From: Lytechinus pictus
Lineage: Eukaryota
Length of the DNA: 64,000 nucleotides
Direction of reading: 5' to 3'
Assembly (NCBI RefSeq): GCF_037042905.1
Contig: NC_087250.1
Coordinates: forward strand, 24,988,001 to 25,052,000
The position numbers and the translations under genes are program-made. The notes beneath the pieces are model-generated. The model saw only the letters and a list, made by a program, of their open reading frames with translations, made no database searches and was not told where the DNA came from. Of this stretch, positions 37,028 to 50,779 are shown one piece after another. How positions within the stretch are numbered: position 1 is the first letter of the stretch; each line of letters opens with the position of its first letter.

Positions 37028-38444
37028 GGGGCAAGTTACAATGATATATATTACAATAATATCTACTGTATAGACATGATAGATTGTAGACTTGCGTCCG
37101 TCAACGATCTTCATTCTCATTTCCCTTGAATTTGAATTAAAAACATTTTTTCATTGCTAACAAAAGTGAAATGTCTTAGTGTAAGTGAAATGAATTCGTA
37201 AAACTGAGCACATTGGGGGATTTTGCCCTCAATCAAGCTGTTATTATGTGCCATTGATCTTTCTAACAAACATTAAAATGACTTTGACAGCCCATTGTCG
37301 GATCAAGAGATATTCAATTACCTATTAGTCAATTTTATCAGCTAGTATTAATATCATAGATATAACCGAGAATATACAACTAAGAATCTCTCATTGAACT
37401 TTCGCCATTGGTACTCAACATCAAATTGACAGCATGAATGTAACCTTCATAAAAATATTTAATTGTGATATTTACTTTTATATTGTTAATCCGAAGGCTT
37501 TACGATTCAGTTTTTTTTCTGACTCATTCCAAATCACCAAAGCAAAGACATTTATGTGATACACATCGGATTTTGGTTAGCAGGTTTATAGAAGTCAGAA
37601 AAGAAAGTCACTTCTAAAAATAGCCAACCTTAAGTGTAATAATAAAATGTATTAATTTCGTAAATCTGCCGAGATTCTTGTCAAATAAATACAGTCACAC
37701 TTGAAATAAGATAAATCCTAGGCTTGAACAAAATTCTTTAAAATGCTCTAAAATTATTGAATTCTTAAAATTCGTGTTTGGATGTGTTATATGAGTATAA
37801 TAAGAATTCTAGAGGACAATTTTTTAACTGCATGATGAAGCCATTTGATTTTAGGCAGCATTTTATTATTTATCTTAAGAGTATCGTCATCAATGAAAAC
37901 TCGAAACATTTAGTCATTTGTTTGTTTTCAGTTGGAACTTGGCCGAGCACGATTGATGAATAATTGTCTTTTTTATCATTTAATAAACACGGTTGATACT
38001 GCATTTTATCGCCACATTGATAAAATACGGTTAAATATCTAATTGAGTTGTTATATCATGTATATGTTGATAGTTCCATCAAAATATTTATTTTAATAAG
38101 TTAAAACGACGCAAGTACTGATTATTTTCGATAATAAATGGGTTCAAATGACAGCATCATCAGTTCGTCTATAACCATTTCGTTAGTCTAATAACCACTC
38201 CTTATCATTCATTTTGCCCAATTGACCAAATAGTGGACTTAACTGTTTAAGTTTCTACTTTCATCCAGGAGGGGGGGGGGGGGGCACATCATATTACAGA
38301 CGCCTGCAGCAATTATATCCCGATTGAGGAGTATGCCTGCAGTAACAGGAAGAAGGAAGAGAAAGAAGTTTAAGTAGTTGTTCGAAAAAAAAATATTGGA
38401 ATTTTACTTACAACCGAGTGCACTCTTTTAGTATCAGGCCTATT

Positions 38445-38670
38445 TCTCTTTTTTTTTTTTTTCTTTCTTTCTTTCTTTCTTTCTTTCCTCACTCCCTCCC
38501 TCCCTCCTTCCTTCTCTCCCTCTCTCTCTCTCTTTCTTTCTTCCTTCCTTCCTTCCTCCCTTCCCCCTCTCGATCCCTCTCTTTCTTTCTGTCTTCTTTC
38601 TTTCTTTCTTTTCGTTCTTTCTTTGTTTTTTCTTTCTTCCCTCCTTTTATTTTCATCTTCTTTCTTATTT
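38445..38670. repeat. Polypyrimidine low-complexity tract
   Basis: (ttct)n, (ct)n and (ttcc)n runs. Confidence 0.9.
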
Positions 38671-38739
38671 TGTTCTGCTGGGAAACTGATTATGCTGAAG
38701 CTAACAACTAGTTTGAATATGTTATGTCAGGTTTTTATA

Positions 38740-40350
38740 ATAAACATTTCCCCCTAAAATGGAAAACAGTAAGGTGAGAGGAACTTGGATGAGTGACAGC
38801 ATCTTTAGTTCAAATTAATACAAGAAATTTTGCATAAACCAAGCAGTTCTAATGAATCTAAATATAAAAGAATCAGAAATGCTTTAAATACTACAATAAG
38901 GAATGTAAGGAAACAATATTTTGGGAAGAAATTTGCTGCATTTAAAAGCAACATTAAAGCAACATGGAATCTTGTAAACTTAAACTAAATAAAGGGGACA
39001 AAGGTTTTTGTGACATTAAAATGAAGTGTATTGGCGAATTAACTACTGACTTGATTTTAATTTCCAATGCATAAACCAAGCAGTTCTAATGAATCTAAAT
39101 ATAAAAGAATTAGAAAATGCTTTAAATACTACAATAACGAATGTAAAGAAACAATATTTTGACAAAAGAAATGCTGCATTTAAAAGTAACATTATAAAGC
39201 AACATGGAATCTTGTAGACTTAATAAAGGGGACAAAGGTTTTTGTGATATTAAAATGAAGTGTATTGGCGAATTATAACTACTGACTTGATTTTAATTTC
39301 CAATGCATAAACCTAGCAGTTCTAATGAATCTAAATATAAAAGAATTAGAAAATGCTTTAAATACTACAATAACGAATGTAAAGAAACAATATTTTGACA
39401 AAAGAAATGCTGCATTTAAAAGTAACATTATAAAGCAACATGGAATCTTGTAGACTTAATAAAGGGGACACAGGTTTTTGTGATATTAAAATGAAGTGTA
39501 GCATTAATTCCTAAGGTTGAAAAAACAAAATTTATTGGTGTAAACATTGATTCAAAATGACTTAGAAAATTTTCATACAAAATATAGAGATGAAAATATA
39601 AAAGAATATATATCCAGATTGTTACTTTTTACCAGCTAATATTGCGTATGTTGTATTCCACACTTATATTGCCATTTTGTCTTAATTGTAACTTAATTAA
39701 TTTGGAGTATAGTACTTTTCAATCTAACCTAAAGAAATTTGTTGCAAAACAAAATGAAATATTTAGAATCATAGCTGGAGCAAGCCCAATATCTAAAGTT
39801 AGCACATTATACTCAGAGTTTAAACTGCTTACTTTAGAAGATATTACAACCTACCAGCAATTTATTCTTATTTATCAGTGTATCAATCGGCTTATGCTTG
39901 TTAATTTTTCTCATTTGTTTGATACAAATCTAAATTTATATACACGCTCCTCTTCATTAATTCATTTGCCAAGACATATGACCTGTTCTTATTAACATAA
40001 TATTCGTGGAACAATTTACCTACAGACATGAGAAATGCACCAACTTTGAATACTTAAAAATAAAAAAAAACTTACGCCTGTTCCCTAAATTTTGTAATTT
40101 GCTTTGCAGTTTTAGTTGTGGGATGATTGGGTTGACGATTTATTAAAATGATATACCAATATTTGCCTCCCCCATTTGTTTACCCCTTGTTTTGTATTGT
40201 ATTCTGTTTAGATAGGTTTTTTTCATGTATTGTTTATGTCACGGTGCACTCATCACAAGCGAGTCTTTCTAAGTTGCTACCTCCATTTTTTTGTTCAAGT
40301 TCTTAAAATGTATTGATGCTTCAATCGTTGGAAATAAATGTACTTTCATT
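38740..40350 (+). mobile_element. Decayed CR1-group (Crack/L2-like) LINE fragments with an internal ~237-bp triplication
   Basis: KFIGVNIDSK and RMLYSTLILP...QNEIFRII... RT C-terminal motifs. The unit tgcataaacc.agcagttctaatg starts at ~38831, ~39068 and ~39305. Confidence 0.7.
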
Positions 40351-42890
40351 CATTCACTCAAGTTTTATTTCTTGATTTCATGCTTTCCTCCTAATTGGTC
40401 TGGCGCCATCTGCGACAAATTATGCAGTCTGCTTTCCAGATTCGTACCGCAAAAAAATGTGAGCATCTCTTGTATTTTCTACTTTAAATTTTGACGAAAA
40501 CTGGTAAGTGTGACTGTGAAACTATGTTGCATGTATACTAGTATATATTTTAAGAGCGATGTCATGGTATGATTTATTATTAGAGGGATAAGTGCAGGTA
40601 CGTCAGAGATATGATAAACGAAGTGTGACCCTTTTGAGTAGGGACCCCAATGAAGACAAACAAACAAAAATCTCCTTCGTTTTATAATATTAAAATCACT
40701 TACTTGATTAAAATAAGTGGTACTAAACCATTCAGACAAGTCTTGTTATTCCAACATGTAAATGAAATTAGAAAAAAAGGGTTCAAACTTGGCCCAAAAC
40801 GTTCAATTTCCCCATTGACTCCGTCCGCGCGCGCGCTGCTTTGTGTCAATAAAGCTTTGCGGCCAGTTTTAGACAGTTTGGGACGGAGACAGCTGCGCGA
40901 AAATATCAGGTGATCGCTGGCGCATCGCGTAAGTCCGATGACCCCAAAATATAGTCTTGTAAAAGACGTCGCTGTCCCGCGCCGTTATTCAATAAATGAT
41001 CTCGGTCCCGAAATATTTCCACCCAGTTAAAGTCACTTTTAATGTACGTCCATCGAACATTGATAGAACAGAAAGGAAGCGTGAGTGAGTCAAGGAAATG
41101 AGAGAAAACAGAGAGGGAAAAGTAGTATTTAAATTGTTTTCAGATATTGCTTGTGTGCCATTTATTTGTGAAGTCATCAAGCTCGAAGAAGAGCAGAATG
41201 CAGATATTTTTATTGTTAGATTATTGTTGCATTGTTATGATTTGATTCCTTACTAAGTTACTTTAAATTTGCTCTAGAGTATGGTGATATTTGACATCTA
41301 ATTCATCGAACTGATAATCATGTCATGAGCTCTGTCTCTTAATCTTGGCAACCTACTACCTCGGAACATTTGCTCATGCAAAGGCCGTCCGACGAGTAAA
41401 AAAAAAACGCCCGTCTTAACATTTTAAATAGCTCCGTGGTTTGAATAAAAATGAATAAAACGGCCGTCGTATAAACAAATGTGACCGAGGTAGAGGCCTG
41501 TTGCAGGCTCCAGTGGCGTACGCGGGGGAGGGGGGGGGGGTAACAGGGGCTCAACTCAACCCCCTTAAATTTTTTATACTTTTGGGGGGGGGGTGAAGAC
41601 CAAGTCAAAATAGTGATGATTATTTATTTTTCATTTTTCGATCTTATTACCGCCCCCCAGAAAAAAACCACACCTAGCTGTCCTTACCAGATCATTCTCC
41701 CACGAGAATATGTTCACCTTTATTGTTCCCACTGAATGTCGACCTTACTCGATCATGTTCTCATATTTCTTTTTCTCTCCCCCCCCCCCCTCTTCGTACG
41801 TAACAAAGAAATACGCTATGGGAGAATGCTCTGGTAGGGACAGGGAGCTCTGTCTTGGGAGTGGGGGCGTTGAGGGACATTATGGAGGAAAAGAGTCAGT
41901 TGTTTGGATTTATATAGGTTATTTTTGTTCCTCTTCCTTTTCTGTTATTTTCTGTAAATGTTTCCTTAGTTATATCAGATACACTACAGTCACATTTGCT
42001 CTATGGTGGCAGAACGGTGAATAAAAAAAAACAGCCGTTTTAAAGATTTTAAAAAATAGCTATATCATACTAGGTGGGTTGGTTACTAATAGTTTGAATA
42101 GAAATGAATAAAACGGCTGTGTTCGACCACCGTACGGCCGCCGTAAATCAGATCAAAATGTGACTGAGGTGTTACATGCACGCTCGTAAAAATAAGGAAA
42201 GAGGGGGGGGGGTAGAGACAGTTATGATATTTTTATCGATCTGATTACGGTCGCCTTACCTCCCCCCCCCCAAGAAAAATAAAACTACCTCCCAGTCTCT
42301 ACCATTAGCATTCTCCCGTGAAATTGTTCCCACTTACGAAGAGGACGGGATGTCGACCTTGCTCATGAATGTTTTTTTCCTCGGTAACTGCTATCTTTTT
42401 TTTTTGGGGGGGGGGGGGGGAGTGGGGAGGGGGTGTTGAGTGACATCATGCAGGGTTGAAGGAAAAGTTTAAGTTAATTGTTGGGATTTTGGGTTCGGCG
42501 CCCCCCTATATATTCTTTTTTATTTTATATACGTACATGATTTAAAAAAAATCTCAGATAACGGTAAAAGCCATTGATCTTATCTCTGTATGCCTATATA
42601 TAACGACGTAAACCGGGACGTATCTTCCCTTTTTTTTTTTTTAGAAAGAGTGGGTCAGTGTATGAAAAAAAAATGTTTTCATGGAAAAGAATCAAGTTAT
42701 TAAGAACATTTAAAATTAATATTTGTATATACTGCAATTTAAAATAATTTAAGTGAGGTTTAGGGATGTTTATTTCGATTTCTCTCTCTATAACATAAAA
42801 ATACATTAATAAGGTTTGAACATTTCCGCAGTGGAAAATAAAATTTGAATTACATATTAATAATTATGAATTGTAATGGATGATTCTTAC

Positions 42891-42960
42891 CTGATGTGGT
42901 AAATGCCCTCGTCCATCTGGAGTATTCCCTGGAACGGAAAGGCAGGGGTACAACCAGCTC
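42891..42960 (-). other. Probable non-coding first exon of the ankyrin gene, containing a uORF start
   Basis: Strong donor CAG|gtaaga at 42891, TATA-like ttatataa at 42986-42993, and ATG at 42916. Splicing to the acceptors at ~34975-34983 ends this frame quickly. Confidence 0.45.
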
Positions 42961-43209
42961 GGGGATCCCTGGGGGTATTCTCGTGTTATATAATTCAGGC
43001 TAGAACACACTAACCCATCATGGGATCATTCAAAAGATCAATGGAAAGGGGTGCTTTTCACTGGTCAGCACATGAATGCTTTGACCCAATCAGAAGTGAA
43101 AACGCAAAAAAAAAACATGACTCATTTTATCTCATGAAATGTTCCTACCGAAGACGACGGAATGTCTGGCTTCCAAGACCTTATCGGACAGGCTGTTTCA
43201 TGTCTGTCA

Positions 43210-43406
43210 ACACCGCGGCAACTTCACAGAAACAAATTCTTTCACACCCTCCTTATTCCGAAAAATCCATGTAAATTACTTTCTTTTTGTTGTCAACACC
43301 CTTCTGCATTGATCTTTTGAAGTATACACCGCGGCAACTTCACAGAAACAACTTATTTTTTCACACCCTCCTTATTCCGAAAAAGTCCATGTAAATTACT
43401 TTCTTT
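43210..43406. repeat. Diverged tandem duplication (~116-bp period)
   Basis: acaccgcggcaacttcacagaaacaa...ccatgtaaattactttcttt occurs twice. Confidence 0.85.
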
Positions 43407-45798
43407 ACAGTTGTGATATTTTTGGCATTTCTTTACGTAATCAAATTATCATTTTTATTGTGCTGTCCTGCATGAAGAGTTCATATTTTTTGGGATCCTG
43501 CAGACTGAAGAAATAAAACGTTGCTTTTTAATGCAGGTTCCCTCATGTTTCTATTCGCCGTATTATTCAATTTAAATAAATGATGCCATGTCTGATTTGT
43601 ACGTCATGTTAATTCTTCTGATGTAATATTTGTTTGTATTATGTTCATGATTATGACTTGTGAAATAAGTGAAATAATGTCATATCTCAAAATTGACGAA
43701 GAGTTCCCCATAGCAAACTTCAGAATATTTTTCTTTTGGAAAACTCACCGGCACCGACCAGGGACACCGAAGGAGGGGGCAACTCTTTTCATATAATAAT
43801 TAACAAGTGAGTATTCTCGTCTGATCGTTGTTACATGATGATACCCTTACCCCCACCCTAATTCAGAATCCAACCCCTGACCTCTACTGGGATAGCTATA
43901 TAAAAGGGGTAATTAAGGGCCACCCCATCGATCCTCCATAATATCCCATGTAGGAAGTTGAGACTCATGGCGGAAAAAGGAGTCAAATCGAGAAATGTAA
44001 ACGAGCTATGTAGGCCCCCTCCCCGTGTAAAAAAAATCAATATAGGCCTATGGCACATCGATCCCTTGAAATCAGATGTAAATTCAATTTGACAGTCGCA
44101 TTGGATACCTAATTTATTTACATGTATATCGGGTTACATTGGTATAAAAGCCCCATAATAGCGTGACTTTTTTGTCACTTTTTGTCAACGCTTTAAAAGG
44201 TCCATATGTTTGAACCAGGGATATTGCATATCCCTGTTTGAACTATATTTTCACTCATGACAGGGCATGATAGACGAAGTGTTAGAAAAATGTTCCCATA
44301 AAAAAAGCAGATTACGGATGTAAAAGTCAGCTAGCGGGGGGGGGGGGGGGGTCTCTCACCGAAAACATTTTTTTTCCAACTCTCCGCTCAATCATATAAA
44401 TGGCCTCCAATTTTCAGGGTTTTTTTTTTTTGGGGGGGGGGGGGGTGTAAACGGATTCTTTGCAGGTATTGGCAGAAATTATTATTGTAATTCAGGAGAT
44501 AGGAGATACGTACGTTTTGGGGAAAATTTTCTCCAATTAGGATTTTTTTTTTTTAATATCCATTTATTTATTTTTGCTAAGAGCAAGGGCGCGCAGGACC
44601 GAGGGAACCCACCCGCCCCCCTCCGCCTATACATTAGAAAATAAAAAAATAACTGACATCTCGTAGAGTAATTTTTGTATCCTAATTTTACAACAATCAG
44701 TATGTTACTGTTAAAAATAAAATCTTAAATGTGTGTGATTGTGAGAGGGCATATATACATATATTGTGCGTAAACATTGCAAATTAAAACATTGATTTCT
44801 TAGATTTTTTAATAAACAAAATATACTTTAGTAGGCCTTAACAATTGATTACTAATCAAGCTATACACACCGGGGATTCCCCTATTTTAATTTAGCCCCG
44901 GGATTTAGCCCCCAGAGCGAATGTACAGTTGCAACGTACAGGTCCATGCTTTACACACGTAGTTTTTTAATCCACTCTAACTCCATTATTCCCATGCCAC
45001 CATCTCGGTCACAGACCTTCTCACACACAAGTGTAAACATCCTTGTACAGAATTCCCTGTATCACACGTATATGCCGCCATTATGCCATGTGCAATATCT
45101 CACACACACATGACCTTCCAAAACATCTCTCCTTGTATCACGGCGATTACACGTGATTAACATTTGTAACTGAGGAGGGGGGGGGGGCTGAATGTTCCTA
45201 AGAGAAAGATTGTGCTAGCCTTCATCCTTTCACATTTTAAAATTATTTTCATTTATTTTATTTGGATGATATCCGTTCACAACGTTACAGAGTTTCAACG
45301 AACTTTACAAATCATAAAAATTGCCTGAATCAAGACTAATACATGGTCTACGTTCGCGATAGGCCCCTCCCACCACTTCGCGCGATCTTCAACTTCATGA
45401 CGATAATTACGTCACGTACACGTCATATGGAGGTTTTTGCTTTGCATTTTAAAATTTAACAATAAATTCACTAATTTTTTTTTCTTAAATTAATCTAGAT
45501 ATAAGACTTCGTCTCAAAACCATCTTTTTTAAGAATGAAAAGTCCCAAAACGGGCCCCAAGATGTTTTAATTGAATATCTTTAAGTAGAATAGGGTGGGT
45601 CCTTCAAAAAGATTATACAGCTCAGCACGCACTTCCAAGACGGTCCCTGAGACATGAATCTAGGGAAAATCCCAAAAGATGCAGCAAATGCAGAATTTTT
45701 ATTGGTTAAATCAGGGGGGTGAAACTCCGCTTCTGCATCCGGTTAGACATGGGGAAATTTTGGAAGGTCAAAAGTGCACACTGCTCCCATTATTCCAG

Positions 45799-45936
45799 AA
45801 GCGGATCTAGAGGGGGGGTTGGGGGGGTTGCAACCCCCCCCAAAAAAAAAAAAAATCCGGGGACCATTTTTTAAAATCTTATCTTTTTTTTTAAACTTGT
45901 AATTTTATTTTATTCTATTTCTATGTATTTATTTCA

Positions 45937-45972
<36 letters not shown>

Positions 45973-46349
45973 TCTTTTTGGGGGAGGGGGGGGGGGGGTT
46001 GGGCGAACAAATGTCACAGAGTCCCTTGCCCCCCCATCAGCTTTTTTTAGGACACGGGCCACCGCCGAAGTTAACTGGCCTTACATTGCAGGAAAATGCA
46101 ACTTAATTTTACAAATTTTCATGGGGGTTAATTTGGCAACGACCTCTATACCAAAAAGAGTGGTGTTTTAGATGCAAGAAAACGCCATTTTCACACACAG
46201 ATTTTCAAAAATTTCCCCTACTGAGGGAGGGGGGACACCCCCCTCCCACACCCTCCCCCCTCGCTCGCTCTGCTCGCTTGGACTCGGTCGCTACGCTCCC
46301 TCGCATACCACCCCAACCCCCCCCTTTATAAAAAGCTGGATCCGCCCCT
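45799..46349. mobile_element. G/C-run MITE (gcggatc...gatccgc)
   Basis: Inverted termini with poly-G and poly-C tracts. Confidence 0.6.
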
Positions 46350-49300
46350 GTATTCGCGTACAAGCCTATGGACACCACAACTTCATGGCACACCAGCGAA
46401 ACGGAGGCGTGGTCATAATTGGCCTGCGCGCACAGCGTAAAGATATGCAAATAAGTATATTGTTACTAATTAGCATAATGCGCGACGTGATTGATTTTGA
46501 AATGAATTCGAGTTGCGTCTTTGGTAAATAATATTGATAAGGTAGATTATGTCATTCATTCCCCCGTTCACCCCCCCGGTATTCAGTTGTTAATTCATCT
46601 TTCCTTGTTTACATTTTCCTGTCGCGATTATTACTACATCAATTAATAAAATTATTTATTTGCTACAGCTATTTCCCTTGAAGAAATGTGGAAGCTTACA
46701 AGGAATTCATTAATAGGATTGAACTTAGGGATCTGCTTGCTCGATCTATTCATGCAGCCATCACTGCATATTATTTTCATTACATATCATTAATAGCCAT
46801 AATTATTTATATGTTTGGGGTTTTTTTTAGGGGGGGGGGTAAATACTTAAAATGATCAGAGAAATCTGAGCAAGAGAGCAAAGCAATTTAGAAGGCCATT
46901 TTGTCTTTATTTTGAAATTGAAATGAACTATCTGGTGCAAATCTTATAAAGATTAAAAAAATATATATTTTCTGAGTTTGGGATGGGAGCAAAATTAAGA
47001 CAGCCCAGTACCTCCCCCCTTCCCCCCGCATGAATTCACTCTCATCAAGGCTATCTTAAAAAGGTCACTTCCAAACAAGATGAAATTTTATTTGTACCTG
47101 CCTGCCCCAAAATCTATCCATCGATCCCACCCTTCCCCCCTCTCTCTTCCACACACACACATGCATGTACCACATAATCATGCGAGCAAACAATTATTCT
47201 CATATCCTTTTTATCCCACTCTTAAATCAAAGTATCAAACTCATTTATCTCTTTAGGAAGAATATCTAATTTGGCTGCACCTGATCTTAAAATGTCACAG
47301 TATGCCATACTTTTATGGGCTATCTTGCCATGCATGCATGGTATTTTGATACTTTATGTTATACTCTTACCTGTTGTCCTAGTATTATACCCATTGATAC
47401 CTGACAAACAAAATCAATCAATCAGTAGCACCATCATATTCCAGTCATATAGAAGTATTCTTCATTATCATCATTACCTACATCACAACACAGTTTGGTA
47501 GCAATAACATCATTATCACATATCTTTCACGCAATGTGAATAAATGAATCTTATCACGAATATCAAGATTAGAAAGTATATTTCAAATTAAAATATTTAT
47601 TAAGGAATCAATTTCTGAATATGTGATCAAAATATTTCTATCCTCTTTGTCTTGCCAAAGCATCACATTACATCAGCAAAATGCATATAATGAATGCAAC
47701 AGAAATTGCAAGGCTGTTACAAGGGAGGGGATATAATTTTTTGGGTAAAATCTAGAGAAAAAAAATTAAAAAAAATCACTGTCATAGGTATTGATAAGCC
47801 TAATATAGTCAATATAAGGGGACATCAAGGATGTCATTAAAAAAATTAACGATATACCTCTCTCTCAAAGTCGGTTACTCAAATATCAAGTATTTTTTTT
47901 CAGCATTTGCTGACAAGAAATAGCATGCTAATCTAACCGAGGGCACTTCACAAAAAAGGGAGCGCATTGCCACATTTCCTTCCCAAATCTGCACATTAGT
48001 AAATTAGTAACAAAATTGCTTATTGTCTATTGTTGTGAAGTGCTGCTAGAGCTGTGTTCTATTTCCAACCATTTTTTTTTTCATTTGAAGAGCTAATTTA
48101 GTTCATAATACGGGACATGAACAATACAGTGCTACAAGAACAAAAAGAGATTAAAAACGAACAAAACAGTGCAACTTTTCACTTCCCCCAAAAAATAAAT
48201 TCAACAGCTTAATGTCCAGCACTACAGATCCTTGTTTCATAAAGACGTCAATTATGGTAAATTTGCCCCAATTGTAACTAGCAACTAGCATGGGAACCTC
48301 AATGTTGATCTGTTACTTTAATGTTTCCATGGTAATTACCAGAATGGCAAAGAGTTAGAGTAGTGGTTAGACTTAATGAAATGGGGTCCAGGAGTGAGAG
48401 TAATTTCTTAATCCTTTGTTCTGTCACCTTGTTTTTTTTTAGTATGCACATTTTCAATGAATATCCATTATTTCTTATTGTCTTATGTATGTCTGTAGGC
48501 ATGTACATAGCACAGAACTTAGTAAAGACCCATTCTGAATTGATTATATTACCAGAATACAACTTATCCCTTTCAAACTACTTATATCATTAACAGTTCT
48601 TTCACTACTACTACATGTAGATGATTAGAACATTAATAAAGGGTGGGTAGGTGTGCCCTTTGGGAAAATATTTCAATCTTGTGTGAAACCTATGGACCTA
48701 AATATCAATACTCCAATTTTTTTTCTACAGATGTGTAGTTCAAGCAACATTCAATATGTATTGACATGTTTATTCAAATTCATTCAATTTTTAAAATGTG
48801 TACTAATTGTGATGAAGTAGCTACTTGTTATGAACTTGGCCTCCATATTTCTTCTTATAATCTGCCCTGGTGATACTCAAACTGCCTGCGGAACCTGCAT
48901 GGTAAACACAAAAAAGAAAAGAACAAAATGAGCTGCTGATATAAATTATTCTTACTCATCTAGTTCAGTTTATTAAGAAGTTTTAAACTTTTAATTAGGC
49001 CCTAATCTTCCATGCAATATTGTTTAGATAATGCACATGTAGTAATCTATATAGCCAGATAAAAATCATAGATCACTATTTATAGAGCATTATTCATAGA
49101 ACTTTTTTGATTTAGTGTGTAAACTCATTCAAATATATATAATAAAATTACTCTCAATATTTTGTCATTTTTTATTTCTGTCTACACAGTAACTGAGTTT
49201 TAAAGTGATATCACATATGACTCATGTAGATAAGATAAGATAAGAGACATGGACAATGAGTATGCATTGATGAGAATGGAAATACTGGTGAATCTGAATC

Positions 49301-50779
49301 CAAATAAATATTTACTCACAACGGAGCTTTACTATATGGGATAACATGATTCGGAAAAAGTTGCTATAGCCCCCCCCCCCCAAATAAAAAAGAAATAGGC
49401 CTTTTTTTAACGAAAACAAGCATACCTTACAAGTTTTCAGTTCAAATATCCTGTTCCTCATCAGATTGTAACTCTTGGTGATGTGTAAATGGTAGTTGAC
49501 TTTGTACTTCTGACTGGGCTGGGACTGCTAAGAACTTGATCCCATTGGATCTGCAATTCAAAATACACACAATACAGTTTAGAATTTTAGAGGTGATAAA
49601 CAAAATTCCTCTTTTAAAACAATATTTTCAAAATTTCCAGCTAGTCCTATCCTAAGCCTATGCATATTCCCAACTAGAAAAAAGCTGGTCTTGACCGAAA
49701 ACTTCCTTCTCTCTGTATTATGTTCCACTGACAAAATAGGCATAGGCCTACTTGGCTCTGTTTCCACTGACCATCTTCATTGTCAATAAGAGTCAGTAAA
49801 TGGTTCAAGCATATACGTGGCCTACTATAGCGAGGCCTTTTGTCAATCTTATACACCAAGCCAGCTTTGACAGATGTAGGATAATTATTATTTGTGTGAT
49901 AAATTGGCTCTCGCTCATTCACCAGTGCAAGACAATTGTTTTTTTTTTAAATTGTCTAGATCTATAAACATGTGAACCTCTACATCTAAGTGAGTTCCTC
50001 TTTAAGTTTGATTTTGATTAAAAAAAAAAGTTAGCTTGCTCGCAAGTTTAAATGACCCTTTGCCTTTCACCATAAATATGGTCAAGTGAGGAGGACAATA
50101 AAGATAAATCAATTGGATCAGCCCTCTCTCTACTTATACTTATAAAATTCAGAATGGGGCACTTTAAATTTTGTCACCCCTTCCCATAAAAAAAATTGCA
50201 CTCATGGTATACGATAACTGAGCAGTTTGAAACCTGACAAAGAAATGTTGTCCCCAAAAAATAAGAATCATTTAACTCCGTTATATAATTTTAGTCCAAC
50301 GGTAACGGTCCAGCCCTTATAAAAAAAAACCATGGTTTTACAACCGTAATCATGGTATAACCATGGTTAGGGGCGGTTTTACAATGGATCGATGGTAGTC
50401 CATGGTTTTAAATTCATAACCAAGGTAAATGTGTGGCGGAAGTGTGGTAATACCATTGTTAAAATACCATAGTTATAATAACATGATAAAAATGTCATTT
50501 TATGACGATTTTAAAACCATGGTTATAAAAACCATCATTATACCACAGTTTTAAGAAAGTTAAAAAACAATAGTTATAAAACCATGACAAAATCATCGTT
50601 CTACTTTGGTGAAAAAAACCATAGTAATTTAACCATGGTTGTAACCATGGTTTCACAGTAGTATAAAAACAATGGTTAGGAAACCTTGGTTTAACTCCCG
50701 TTCTACTAAGGTTGGAAATCAATGTTATAAAACCATGATTTAAACCATGGTTTTATGATAGCATAAAAACAGTATTTAT

